From the IMG/VR virus record IMGVR_UViG_3300045988_090936: a DNA stretch of 58,728 nucleotides; one strand, 5' to 3'. The number at the start of each line of letters is the position of its first letter. Positions within the stretch are counted from its first letter, which is position 1. Of the stretch, positions 46,886 through 56,663 are shown piece after piece. The notes under the pieces are model-generated. The model ran no database searches and was not told the DNA's origin. It saw nothing but the letters and a program-made list of their open reading frames with translations. A program made the position numbers and the translations under genes. The DNA comes from a virus.

Positions 46886-47944
46886 TTAGGCTACTTTTAT
46901 TGTAGCTACTTCGTTCATTCTTTCAAATGAAGGTAATACGATTTCAGAAACGATTGTTTCTTTATTTACTGGATGTGGAATATTGATAGTTGTTACAGCT
47001 ACACCTGTTTCAACTATATTACATTCTCCATTAAAGTTAGCTGATTGTAAATCTGCTTCTTCAGGAGTTGTACCATAGTAAGTATTACCAACTGTATTTC
47101 CTGGAAGTAATGTTACATAATCATCTGGATAGAAGTTCTTTGTAGCACCACTTTCATCTTTAAATTTCTTATCATATACTGCAACAGTTAATCCAAGTTC
47201 ACTTACTAATAATGATTTTAATTCTGCTTCTCTAACTAGGTTTAATCCGTTAGCTAATGGATTCAAAGCAATTCTAATTGATTTATTTTGTAATAAATAA
47301 TTGAATGTCTTTTGAGTCATAATAGCTCTTGTAGGTTTAACTCCAGTTAAGTCAACAATTTTTTGTTGCATAGCACGTAAGTCTTCTAATGGAGTACTAT
47401 TTTGAGTATCAGACCAAGCACTAGTTCCGCTTAAAGCTTTATAGTTATTTCTAGTCCATTCTCCATCTACATCATAATTATAAGTATAATCAACATTGTT
47501 AGCTACGATAGAAATTCCACCTGTAACTAAAAGTTGCATTCTCATTCTTTCACCTTGGATTAAAGCACCTTCAATTAGTTGAGCTCTATCATCAAAGATT
47601 TCAGATATGATAGTACTATATAAGTTTTGAGGATCATTCTCTCTAAATCTTAATAGTTCTTGTCTATCTCTTTCTTTAATTGTCATTGCTTCTCTAAAGA
47701 AAGGCATTTCAGTTTCAATCTTTTTAACACCAATTCTATCTCTTACTGTAGCTTTAGTATCGAAATGACTTGGTTTTAATGCAATAGGTAATCCTTTGTA
47801 ACCTTTTATCCAAGCAAGGTCTAATCCCATTTTCTTTTTAGCTGGGAATAAACTTTCACCTAGGTAAGGAATACGATTACTTACTGTTTCATTCCAATAT
47901 GTTGCTAATGCTTTTGCACTAACTAAATCCATAACATTGTTCAT
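46886..47944 (-). CDS. major capsid protein (lambda gpE-like family)
   Basis: N-terminal ...ATYWNE...IPYLGESLFPAKK..GLDL.WIKG pattern; 352 aa. Confidence 0.8.
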   Translation of the reverse strand: MNNVMDLVSAKALATYWNETVSNRIPYLGESLFPAKKKMGLDLAWIKGYKGLPIALKPSHFDTKATVRDRIGVKKIETEMPFFREAMTIKERDRQELLRFRENDPQNLYSTIISEIFDDRAQLIEGALIQGERMRMQLLVTGGISIVANNVDYTYNYDVDGEWTRNNYKALSGTSAWSDTQNSTPLEDLRAMQQKIVDLTGVKPTRAIMTQKTFNYLLQNKSIRIALNPLANGLNLVREAELKSLLVSELGLTVAVYDKKFKDESGATKNFYPDDYVTLLPGNTVGNTYYGTTPEEADLQSANFNGECNIVETGVAVTTINIPHPVNKETIVSEIVLPSFERMNEVATIKVA

Positions 47945-47973
47945 AATTCTAATTCCTCCTATTCAATTTTATC

Positions 47974-48333
47974 TTAATAATCTAAATCTTTATCAGACAT
48001 AAAGATTATCCCTTTTAGTGCTGCAATTGCTTCTGCTGATAATGTAACACCAGCATAATCTTTAATCTTATCTTTATTTAATGTACCACGATATACACCT
48101 GTACCAGCTTTTGGTCCATATGTTACATCAACATCTTTTAATAGTACATATCTAGCAGTAGCATCGTTTGCTGCTTTACCAGCTTTATCTAATGGAGTTC
48201 CAGCTTTAACGATTTTCTTACCATTTACTGCTGCTACTTCTTCATCGCTTACCATTATAGGTCTAGCTGTATATGGGTCTAGATTAAATAAAATATCTAC
48301 ATCCATACCATAGTTTGTTTGAACTACTTTCAT
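47974..48333 (-). CDS. capsid accessory / decoration-like protein
   Basis: Called from its position between the scaffold and major capsid genes. Confidence 0.35.
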   Translation of the reverse strand: MKVVQTNYGMDVDILFNLDPYTARPIMVSDEEVAAVNGKKIVKAGTPLDKAGKAANDATARYVLLKDVDVTYGPKAGTGVYRGTLNKDKIKDYAGVTLSAEAIAALKGIIFMSDKDLDY

Positions 48334-48366
48334 TATAATTTCCTCCTTATCTTAATTATAATTTAT

Positions 48367-49014
48367 TTATTCACCAAAGTAAATACTATCTGCCGAATTC
48401 TTTATTGCTTCATTATGGTTAGCAGCTAAAGATTTAGCAAATTGTTCTCCCTTACTTAAGTTGCTAGGTTTTCCACCTTCTCCATCTTTTGGAGTAGCCC
48501 CTTTAACATAAGGTTCAGGATTACCACCTTGGTTATTACCATTATTATTATCTTCTGGTATAAATAGATAACTATCAGATTTCTTTAAATCATCTAGTTG
48601 CTCTTTTAATCCTGATTTCACTTTGCCATTTTCATCCATTACTATATTATCCATTTTTAATAGATTCATAGTTATGTCTGCATTATGGACTTTTCCAATT
48701 AGCTCTAATTTAATAGCATTTGATTTTCTTTCAGCTGCCAAAGCATCTGCTGCTTCTTTAGCTTGTTTCTTATTTGATGCTTCTAATTCAGTAATCTTCT
48801 TTTTAAGTTCCTCATTAGAATTCTCATCATTCTTCAAATCTGCTAATTGCTTATCCCTTTCAGATAATGTCTTTTTAGTTGTATTTAACTCATTGTTAAC
48901 TTCATTGAATCTTTCTTTGGTTACATAGACTCCATCAATTACAGTTCCAAAGTTATCTACAACCTTTTGAGCTAATTCTTCAGTTAGCCCTAAACTTACT
49001 AACTTTTCTTTCAT
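48367..49014 (-). CDS. scaffolding protein (GP20-like)
   Basis: Coiled coil with MKEKLVSLGLTEELAQKVVDNF N-terminus. Confidence 0.7.
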   Translation of the reverse strand: MKEKLVSLGLTEELAQKVVDNFGTVIDGVYVTKERFNEVNNELNTTKKTLSERDKQLADLKNDENSNEELKKKITELEASNKKQAKEAADALAAERKSNAIKLELIGKVHNADITMNLLKMDNIVMDENGKVKSGLKEQLDDLKKSDSYLFIPEDNNNGNNQGGNPEPYVKGATPKDGEGGKPSNLSKGEQFAKSLAANHNEAIKNSADSIYFGE

Positions 49015-49125
49015 AAATAATCTCCTCCTCTATTATTCCGCTTTTTTCCGAGGTGGCGCGATATTACTATACAATTGATAGTAAATCTTCCTCGAATAAA
49101 GTCAGTAATCATTTATTCTTTATTA

Positions 49126-50766
49126 TTATATGTTTTTATTTTTGATTATTTCTTCCATATAATAGTAAACTATTTTGTTCTTTACTTTTATATCAGTTAT
49201 TCTAAAAGTAGTATTTCTTTTGAATATTACTTCTTTATTAACTTTATAATTTAATACCTTCTTACCAACATCTCTACCAGTTTTACTAACAATAACAAAT
49301 CTGTATTCAGCATTATCATAATACTTATTTTTCTTTGTACTAAATAGATACTTTCTAGGAACCCATTCATCACCAATACTTAAACCATCAAGTGGATTAT
49401 TATTTCCTGGTCTTATATCTGTTGTTACCTCCCCATTGAAGTATTCTATTTTATCTAAAGCATCATCAATATTTTTAATTAACTCTTTATCAGCATCACT
49501 TAATTCTATTTGATTAGATAACTTATTATTAAGATTATTGATAGTTGGACCTTTCATTGTTAATAATGTTTCTTTGTATTCACTTGGTAAAGTTTTTACT
49601 GCATCTGGATTAGTATATGTTATACTTGTTTCTCCAGTTGGTGTCATATCTACATAAGATATGGCAGCTACTAAAGATGCTAAATCATTTCTAGTTGATG
49701 CAATAGCTTGTGCTTGCTTTTCATCTCCTAGTTCTTCTTTTAGGTAATCAATATAGTTTCTATTTTTACCCATAACTGATTTCCCAGTATTAACATCTCT
49801 ATATATTCTCTTATCTCCACCTTTATCTATTTCCTCATCCATTACTGGTGCTATAACTGACCTACAATATGGATGAAGTGGTGGTACATTTAATCCTATC
49901 TTGGCATTCTCTATATCAATAATAGTTCCATCCATTGCTCTACATATTTCAGAAGTCTTCATATCTAATGTTGCTACAAATTCTAACTTTTGTACTCCCA
50001 TTCTTTTGTATGTATCTAATAAAGACATATTATCCATTCTTGCTGATTCTGTCATTATTAACCTGGCAGCATTATTGTATCCGGTATCCATTTTCTTTGC
50101 TAACTCTTTTGCCATATCATCAAAACTTCTACCAATAGCCATTCCTCTAATAACAGTTTCATCTAATGCTTTAATTAACTTTTCTTTATTACCCCATATA
50201 TTTTCTGAAAAACTTCCTCCACCTGACCAATTCTCATTGATTAAACTTTGGATTCTATCTTTATCTACTTTAGCGAATACCTCATCATTATTTAGATATT
50301 GATTATAGTAACTTGTATTGGTATATATCTTTTCTAGAAATTTCCCAGCTGTTTCCTCCATATCAATATCATATATAACTTTTCTATATTCAGTTTGTAA
50401 TTGGTTTAGTACTGAATGTTTATGCATCAAGGATTGGTTTAATAAATATTGTTTCCACTTTGGATCTCCTTGATGTTCTTGAGCTAATCTAATATATTCA
50501 TTAACATCTGCTTTATATTCTGTTTCCATTTTCTTTGGCAGTTGTTTGTATGCCTCTTTTAATGTTATCTTATTATTTGAGGCATACCTTGCATATACAT
50601 TAGCCATTTTCTTTTCTATATCTCTTTGAGCTGCATCATAAATACCTTTTATTCTTTTCAAATAATCTTCCTCATTCTCAACAGCTCTTATTTCTGTATC
50701 TAATGCTCTTGACTGCCAATAGTTAGAATTTTTCTCTAATAACTCTTTTAGTTTATCTGAATTCAT
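49126..50766 (-). CDS. minor head protein (Mu F / SPP1 gp7-like) with C-terminal ADP-ribosyltransferase-like extension
   Basis: TESARMDN...TSEICRAMDG...PPLHPYCRSVIAP Mu F core. The C-terminal ~180 aa carry R / FSTK / NKEVIFKRNTTFRI, resembling the R-S-E ART triad. Confidence 0.7.
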   Translation of the reverse strand: MNSDKLKELLEKNSNYWQSRALDTEIRAVENEEDYLKRIKGIYDAAQRDIEKKMANVYARYASNNKITLKEAYKQLPKKMETEYKADVNEYIRLAQEHQGDPKWKQYLLNQSLMHKHSVLNQLQTEYRKVIYDIDMEETAGKFLEKIYTNTSYYNQYLNNDEVFAKVDKDRIQSLINENWSGGGSFSENIWGNKEKLIKALDETVIRGMAIGRSFDDMAKELAKKMDTGYNNAARLIMTESARMDNMSLLDTYKRMGVQKLEFVATLDMKTSEICRAMDGTIIDIENAKIGLNVPPLHPYCRSVIAPVMDEEIDKGGDKRIYRDVNTGKSVMGKNRNYIDYLKEELGDEKQAQAIASTRNDLASLVAAISYVDMTPTGETSITYTNPDAVKTLPSEYKETLLTMKGPTINNLNNKLSNQIELSDADKELIKNIDDALDKIEYFNGEVTTDIRPGNNNPLDGLSIGDEWVPRKYLFSTKKNKYYDNAEYRFVIVSKTGRDVGKKVLNYKVNKEVIFKRNTTFRITDIKVKNKIVYYYMEEIIKNKNI

Positions 50767-50777
50767 AAGATTACCTC

Positions 50778-52517
50778 CTAACTATTTACATTACTTCCAG
50801 CTTTTTTATCTTTTTTCTCCTCATTACCTTGATTTAAAGTTGTTTTATTGGGATTGGCATTTGAATTTCCACTCTTTTGTGTTGTTGGATTGTTTATATT
50901 GGCATTATTTGCTGGTTGATTTTGATTAAATCCTTGATTTCCGAATGCTTTCATTTGCTCTTCCAATTTCTTTTGTTCTTCTGCTTCTTGTTCTTCAATA
51001 GCTTCTTCTACTGCTGTTACATCTTCTACGAATGGATGTTTTGGTAATAATATCTTATCAGGTATCATATCTCTAGAGTTATTTATCATATCAATTAACT
51101 CACCTTCATCTATTATAGTAGTTTTGTTAAAGTTAAATGTTACTTCTACATCACTATAATCTTGATGATGTTTTAAATTGATATCATAATCTACAAACCA
51201 TAATAACCATTCAAAGAATACATCCATTTCTTGTTCTAGTTCTTCTAGGTCTAAATCTAAATCACTGTATAAGAATTTTAATCCTACTCCACTCTTATCT
51301 CCAGTGTTATCATTTTGCATATCTACTCCAGCACCATCTTCATAGGCATCTTTTCTTAATCTATCTAATAATTCTCCAAAGGTACTTCCATTGAATTCTG
51401 TATTTAAAGAACCTACATCTCCATCAGGATCAACTAATATTGCTCTATATTGTGCAATGTTTCTAGTTAATTCTGCTAAATCAGCTCCTCCATATCCTTT
51501 AAAGTATTTGATGGCATTTGGAATATCTTGTACTATATCTACCATTGTTGATATCAATGATTCATAAGTATCTTGATAACTTCTAATATATTTAAGTAAT
51601 GAAGTTTCTTCCTCATTATACTTTAATGGTACCCACGGAATTCTATCCCATACCATTTGTTGAGGTTCAAATATAATGTTATTATTTTCATCTAGCTTAT
51701 AAGTAGTTTCTACTATCTCACCTTTATCATTTACTATATCTTCTGTTTGAGGTATCATTAAAGTAAAGTTACCTTCTTCTTTTGGTCTTTCAGAATCTCT
51801 TTCAAAACCATTATCTCCTTTGATATAATGAATAACTCCATTTTGACTATAGTAATCTGCATAAGTAGTAACCTTCTTTTCTTCCCCTTTATATACTTCA
51901 ATATCGTAGTAATGAATAAGTTGAGCTATCTTTGTATGTTCTCTATCTATCCAGAATGCTTTAACTTGATTTCCTGGTACCCTTCTAAATTGTAGTTTAC
52001 CATTTTCATCATAATAAGCATTTAACCAGTTGATTCCTTCCTTGATAGCTTCTTTACATGTATTAAATACCTTTCTATACATATACTTATCAAAGTATTC
52101 ATCCTCTAATATTTCTTTATAGGTTTCATCATCTGTATCTATAGAATAAGGTTTACCTAATAATGTATTGACTTTTTGTCTAGTCATCTTACGCATAAAG
52201 TTCTTATGTACTTTAGCATTTGATAGTTTATCATTTTCTGCACTATCACTTCCACAATGGTCATACCTCTTCTTTTTATCTATTTCAGATTCATTGTCAT
52301 AGTATTTAATACCTTCCAGCATTAACTTTCTTTCATCGCTATTTTCGAATTCACTATATACCTTTTGTACTAGTTTATCTACTTCAATATCATTAGCGGA
52401 TACATTATAAGTTTCAATAGTATCTTTTTCTATTTGCTTTTGTTCATCATCAAGATAAACTATTTGGTCTCCGCCAAGATTATTGTTAAGCATACTTCTT
52501 TTCTTGCTCTTTGGCAT
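50778..52517 (-). CDS. portal protein (SPP1 gp6-like)
   Basis: 579 aa, lying between the terminase and head morphogenesis genes. Confidence 0.75.
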   Translation of the reverse strand: MPKSKKRSMLNNNLGGDQIVYLDDEQKQIEKDTIETYNVSANDIEVDKLVQKVYSEFENSDERKLMLEGIKYYDNESEIDKKKRYDHCGSDSAENDKLSNAKVHKNFMRKMTRQKVNTLLGKPYSIDTDDETYKEILEDEYFDKYMYRKVFNTCKEAIKEGINWLNAYYDENGKLQFRRVPGNQVKAFWIDREHTKIAQLIHYYDIEVYKGEEKKVTTYADYYSQNGVIHYIKGDNGFERDSERPKEEGNFTLMIPQTEDIVNDKGEIVETTYKLDENNNIIFEPQQMVWDRIPWVPLKYNEEETSLLKYIRSYQDTYESLISTMVDIVQDIPNAIKYFKGYGGADLAELTRNIAQYRAILVDPDGDVGSLNTEFNGSTFGELLDRLRKDAYEDGAGVDMQNDNTGDKSGVGLKFLYSDLDLDLEELEQEMDVFFEWLLWFVDYDINLKHHQDYSDVEVTFNFNKTTIIDEGELIDMINNSRDMIPDKILLPKHPFVEDVTAVEEAIEEQEAEEQKKLEEQMKAFGNQGFNQNQPANNANINNPTTQKSGNSNANPNKTTLNQGNEEKKDKKAGSNVNS

Positions 52518-52559
52518 ATGTATTCCTCCTTCTTTATTATTTCTTTATTTATTTTATGT

Positions 52560-52928
52560 TTAGTTATTAGACTTACATTCTTTTTCGCATTGAGTTCTTA
52601 ATTCTAATATTACTGATTCTAAATATTCAATATCATCTAGGTATTGTTGTTTTGGTATAGAATCTTCATAATCTTGAATGATGGAATCTTTAGCTGCTTC
52701 CGCTTTATTTCTTTCAATAATTAGATAATTGATTTCTTCTTGGTATCCTTCTATTTCATTATTCCTAGTTTCTACTACTCCAACTAAATCATTACACATT
52801 GCTACTAAAGCACATGTAAATATACCAATGATTACTACTATTACAGTTACTGCAAACATATAACAAGTTTTAATATCCTCCTTGTATTCAATGCACCAAT
52901 CTTTTACCCTATTGAATATCTTTTTCAT
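52560..52928 (-). CDS. membrane-anchored coiled-coil protein
   Basis: TM FAVTVIVVIIGIFTCALVAM. Confidence 0.5.
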   Translation of the reverse strand: MKKIFNRVKDWCIEYKEDIKTCYMFAVTVIVVIIGIFTCALVAMCNDLVGVVETRNNEIEGYQEEINYLIIERNKAEAAKDSIIQDYEDSIPKQQYLDDIEYLESVILELRTQCEKECKSNN

Positions 52929-53195
52929 TTAATCATACCTCCCTTTCTTATATTCAATAAAATCTTTATCAACCAGGTCTTGGTATTTATCCTTATGAAC
53001 TTCCATAAATGGACTACCACCCATTCCTGCCAATAACTTAACTTCTCTTGTCCTACGCATTACTATTACATATAAACCATCCGGGTCTATTACTTTTACC
53101 CATCCTTTTTCTGGTTTAGCTGCTAAAGTAAATCCGTAATCTAAATAATCTCTTTTGAATTCATCGAATCTTTCTTTTTTGATATATGCCTTCAT
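52929..53195 (-). CDS. hypothetical protein
   Basis: Start moved to MKAYIKKERF behind GGGGAGG. Confidence 0.5.
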   Translation of the reverse strand: MKAYIKKERFDEFKRDYLDYGFTLAAKPEKGWVKVIDPDGLYVIVMRRTREVKLLAGMGGSPFMEVHKDKYQDLVDKDFIEYKKGRYD

Positions 53196-53373
53196 TTGAT
53201 TTCCTCCCCAGCTTTTTCTCATAGTATACTTTATCATTTTCATATATGGTAAAGGTATCTATATTATCACTTACTTCAAAGTTCTTTAATATAGAAAGGA
53301 ATATACCTGGTTTATCATATTCTGCCATAAATATATTCCTTCCATCTCTCATAGTTGCATATAAACTATACAT
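53161..53373 (-). CDS. hypothetical protein
   Basis: Start moved to MYSLYATM, 9 nt after AGGAG. Confidence 0.45.
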   Translation of the reverse strand: MYSLYATMRDGRNIFMAEYDKPGIFLSILKNFEVSDNIDTFTIYENDKVYYEKKLGRKSNEGIYQKRKIR

Positions 53374-53385
53374 ATTATTCATCTC

Positions 53386-54870
53386 CTAGAATCTAAACAT
53401 TCTCTTTCTTGTTCCTTCTGTTGCATATCTTAATGCATCCATTAAGTGATTGTATTCATCTATTGGGTCATTTAATAACTTATCAGTATCTTTATCTTTC
53501 TTCCATACATAGTTATTCAATTCTATTATAGTATTTTGACATCTACTATTTACTATTATCTTATAATCTTGTAATCTAGATATACCTTGTTTAATATTAT
53601 TATCTTTATGTTTGGTTGCTCCTATTGCTCTTGTTATTCCGAAGTATTTTAATTCATCAATACTTTTTGGTTCTGCTGCATCACATCTTATTATTTCTTT
53701 GTTATAGCCTTTATACCTTAACATATCAGCTAGCATCATATTTGTTTGTCCTGCTTTATAGAATTCATCAAATATCCATATACGCATATTCTTTTCATCT
53801 ATTATACAAGCAATCAATGCTGCCACATCATTTGTATAACCAAAGTCTAATCCGAATCTTAATTTTAAATCTGTTTTACCATTTACGTTTAATGATTTCT
53901 TTATAATCTCTTTATAATCGAAATCCATAACAGTCCAGTTTCTATATATAAGTCCTTCTGATATACCCCAGTTACCAAGTCCTTCTATATTAAATGCTAT
54001 TGGATTATTTATTCTAGTTAGATTGAATACTGCAATATCTTCTTCATCTAGAAATTCATTAGCAGCATATATAGTTGTTCCTACAAATATTCCTTCTTTA
54101 GGTAAACTTGCAAACTTATTTATAGTCTTTCTTGTTCCGGCATTATATTCATCTAATTCTTCTTCCGTTATATTAACATCAGGACATTTATCAAAGAACC
54201 TTCTTTTACCCCACCATTTATCTGACCAGGCATTAAAGGTAAATGTTATTTGTTTCCATAGTCCATGTTCTTCTAATGAACTACCATCAGGCATTCTACC
54301 ACGAATAGATTTATCTACTTTATCAAAATCTGCTTCTGATTCTATTTGGAATGCTTCTTCAAACCAAGCCCAACATAATATACCATGACCAACAGAGAAA
54401 GATGTAATATTAAGTGGGTCATCAAATCCTCTAAAGAATATCTTTTGACCAGTACTTATTCTAGTTATAGTTAAATCTCCATTATCTGATTTACTATAAT
54501 ACCAATCATCTTTTACACCTAATCTATTTATAGCCCATATCAAATCATTTCTTGTACTAGTTCTATGAGTATTAAGATGCTTTCTTATTACCACCAGGTT
54601 AGCCTCTGGAAATTCCATCATATTACTTATATAGAATAAAGCAGTTACTTTTGATTTCTTACTTCCACGACTTCCTTTTATAACTCTATAACGTTCTCTA
54701 CTATACCAGAATGATTCATATTCTTTACCTATTATTTCATTCAGGTCTATTGTTTTATCTTTTGGACTTTGTATGGTTGGTAGTGTTGCCTGGAATTCTT
54801 TGGCTTTGTAATATTGATTAAAGCTCTCAAAGATATTGGCATTTGGTTTTAATGCTAATGTTACTCCCAT
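53386..54870 (-). CDS. terL: terminase large subunit
   Basis: KGSRGSKKSKV Walker A-like motif; nuclease-domain D residues. Start moved to MGVTLALKPN behind AAAGGAG. Confidence 0.88.
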   Translation of the reverse strand: MGVTLALKPNANIFESFNQYYKAKEFQATLPTIQSPKDKTIDLNEIIGKEYESFWYSRERYRVIKGSRGSKKSKVTALFYISNMMEFPEANLVVIRKHLNTHRTSTRNDLIWAINRLGVKDDWYYSKSDNGDLTITRISTGQKIFFRGFDDPLNITSFSVGHGILCWAWFEEAFQIESEADFDKVDKSIRGRMPDGSSLEEHGLWKQITFTFNAWSDKWWGKRRFFDKCPDVNITEEELDEYNAGTRKTINKFASLPKEGIFVGTTIYAANEFLDEEDIAVFNLTRINNPIAFNIEGLGNWGISEGLIYRNWTVMDFDYKEIIKKSLNVNGKTDLKLRFGLDFGYTNDVAALIACIIDEKNMRIWIFDEFYKAGQTNMMLADMLRYKGYNKEIIRCDAAEPKSIDELKYFGITRAIGATKHKDNNIKQGISRLQDYKIIVNSRCQNTIIELNNYVWKKDKDTDKLLNDPIDEYNHLMDALRYATEGTRKRMFRF

Positions 54871-55082
54871 ACTAAATCTCCTTTCACTATATCTCATTAA
54901 CTATTTTCTATTATATCTATACCTTTTACTTTAATTAGAGGATAATCTTTATTCTCTATATCTTATATTCTTATTATTAGATAATCATTATTATTCCTCT
55001 TTTATATTTTATGTATTTTATTCCATAATATTATGTAGTTATTATCTCCCATTCTCTTATTCCGCGAAAACGATTTTTATAC

Positions 55083-55112
55083 ATAAAAATAAGATGGCAT
55101 TTCTACCATCTT
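55083..55112 (-). terminator. rho-independent terminator inside the ORF-free gap
   Basis: Minus strand AAGATGG-tagaaatg-CCATCTT followed by ATTTTTAT. Confidence 0.6.
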
Positions 55113-55425
55113 TAAAAGGTTTTACATTATTCGAATTATTAAGGAGATTTGATTCAATAATAATTATTTGAATAATGAAAGGTTAGTGAGGGACTCTTGA
55201 CTTACACAAGATAGATATTTCCCATATCATCCCTCATAAGAAATTGGGATAAAACCTTATAGTATGCAACTGCAGTAATACATCTATCGCCTTTTAGTTT
55301 TTTATGTATATAGATATTATTGGATTAGTCGGCACCAGGTAAGAACTCTTTTCTCGAACCTCTATATACAACCCTTTATATAAAATGGATTAGGAAGCTA
55401 CCGCTATTACTGTATCCTTTTACCC
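55083..55425 (-). ncRNA. candidate structured non-coding RNA of about 340 nt (class unknown)
   Basis: Bounded by a CGTATAGT -10-like element (55432..55439) and the terminator at 55083..55112. No ORF longer than 16 codons; locally GC-richer, with nested hairpins including a 50-nt three-way junction at 55187..55236. Confidence 0.3.
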
Positions 55426-55431
55426 TAGTTC

Positions 55432-55439
55432 ACTATACG
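55432..55439 (-). promoter_or_regulatory. CGTATAGT, a one-mismatch variant of the CGTATAAT motif
   Basis: Minus strand AAACGTATAGTGAAC in the ORF-free gap. Confidence 0.3.
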
Positions 55440-55483
55440 TTTATAAGCGCCATTACTTACTAGGAACCATTATTTATAATATG

Positions 55484-55765
55484 TTACTTATATGGATAAC
55501 TTTCATCTGGATGGAAATCTATTGCACTATAGAATAATTCTTTCCATTCATCTGCTTCCATTCTGCAATTATATAATTCTTGATTTCTAGATATTAAAGC
55601 ATTATCTATATCATTATATTGTTTATCCTTTTCTTCTATTTTAGTATTTAGTACTTTAATATCTCCTCCGCGTTTAACTGATTGTGTTATACTAATTATT
55701 AAAGTAGATAGTAATACAATATTTGCTATTAGTAATATCCAAAAACCTTTTTGATACCTTTCCAT
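55484..55765 (-). CDS. membrane-anchored hypothetical protein
   Basis: TM FWILLIANIVLLSTLIISI. Confidence 0.5.
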   Translation of the reverse strand: MERYQKGFWILLIANIVLLSTLIISITQSVKRGGDIKVLNTKIEEKDKQYNDIDNALISRNQELYNCRMEADEWKELFYSAIDFHPDESYPYK

Positions 55766-56065
55766 CTATCCTCCATATGTTGCTAGTACTAATCTAGCAA
55801 TAGCATTGTTGTAATATTCCTCTTGTTTTTGTAATTGTTGTTTAAGAATTTCTACCTCATGTTCTTTATTATATAATGCCATTGTTAAATCCTGGTTCTT
55901 TCTTTCTAATTCATCAGTTGCCATTTTTATTTGTTCTTCTACTGATGGTTCTTGAACTGGGATTTCAGGCATTGCTGGTAATTCTTCTATTTCTTCTAAT
56001 GCTAAATCTTCTAATGGAATTTCTTTTAGATTAGTTTCTTCTACTGCTTTCTTTGATCTTGCCAT
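55766..56065 (-). CDS. hypothetical coiled-coil protein
   Basis: ORF in the gene train. Confidence 0.5.
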   Translation of the reverse strand: MARSKKAVEETNLKEIPLEDLALEEIEELPAMPEIPVQEPSVEEQIKMATDELERKNQDLTMALYNKEHEVEILKQQLQKQEEYYNNAIARLVLATYGG

Positions 56066-56445
56066 TATTTTTCCTCCTCTTCATCAAATAATAATGCTCC
56101 AGCTCTCATCATTATTTCAGGTATAACTCCTACTGGGCTAATATTTCCTCCAGTTGCTTGAGATATTTGTTGAGCCATTGTTGCCATAGCACAAGCTGTC
56201 ATATCTAATACACTATCTACATCTCCACATATTTCAGTTTCACATCCATATCCATTTCTTTCAGAATCTTCATCAATATGAATATGAAGTTTAGCTGGTT
56301 CCTCTTCATCTTTCTTTGGTTCTTTTACATCTTTGAAAGCATCATTTAATTGCTTTTCAATTTCCTTCATAGCTTCTGCTTTTAATTCTTCTTTTGATTT
56401 ACCTTTTCCATTGATTTTAATTTCTTTAATAATAACCTTTTCCAT
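56065..56445 (-). CDS. hypothetical protein
   Basis: ORF in the gene train. Confidence 0.5.
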   Translation of the reverse strand: MEKVIIKEIKINGKGKSKEELKAEAMKEIEKQLNDAFKDVKEPKKDEEEPAKLHIHIDEDSERNGYGCETEICGDVDSVLDMTACAMATMAQQISQATGGNISPVGVIPEIMMRAGALLFDEEEEK

Positions 56446-56663
56446 TATTTTGTTTCCTCCTTATATAATTTCTTTTCTTCCTCATTTAACCAATGAGCTA
56501 CTCTTTTCTTTGTTTTAGTATCTAAATAAATACCTTTGATATTTCCTTTATCAGAAGTATATGTATAAAGTAATTTCATATTATCTTTTACTTTATCCCA
56601 TTCTTTTCCTTGTAACCTTTCATATCTTTTAGGTTGTAATTCTTTTTCATTATTCTTCATCAA
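56445..56663 (-). CDS. hypothetical protein
   Basis: ORF in the gene train. Confidence 0.5.
   Translation of the reverse strand: MMKNNEKELQPKRYERLQGKEWDKVKDNMKLLYTYTSDKGNIKGIYLDTKTKKRVAHWLNEEEKKLYKEETK

Noticed and set aside
55294-55305. ATAAAAAACTAA on the minus strand, identical to the conserved 3-prime tail of class I preQ1 riboswitches. This is tempting because the phage makes preQ0-derived bases
   Set aside because: There is no adjacent 5-bp P1 hairpin with the required loop immediately upstream. An AGAGGTTCGAG segment resembling the aptamer 5-prime half lies about 60 nt away and lacks a pairing partner. The A-rich string is also plausible by chance in this composition, and the same AAAAAACTAA occurs at the frameshift site.
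55353-55360. GGTTCGAG, a tRNA T-loop-like sequence in the ORF-free gap
   Set aside because: The flanking bases cannot form a T-stem (AGAGG versus AAAGA), and I could build no acceptor or anticodon arms. I found no tRNA in the window.
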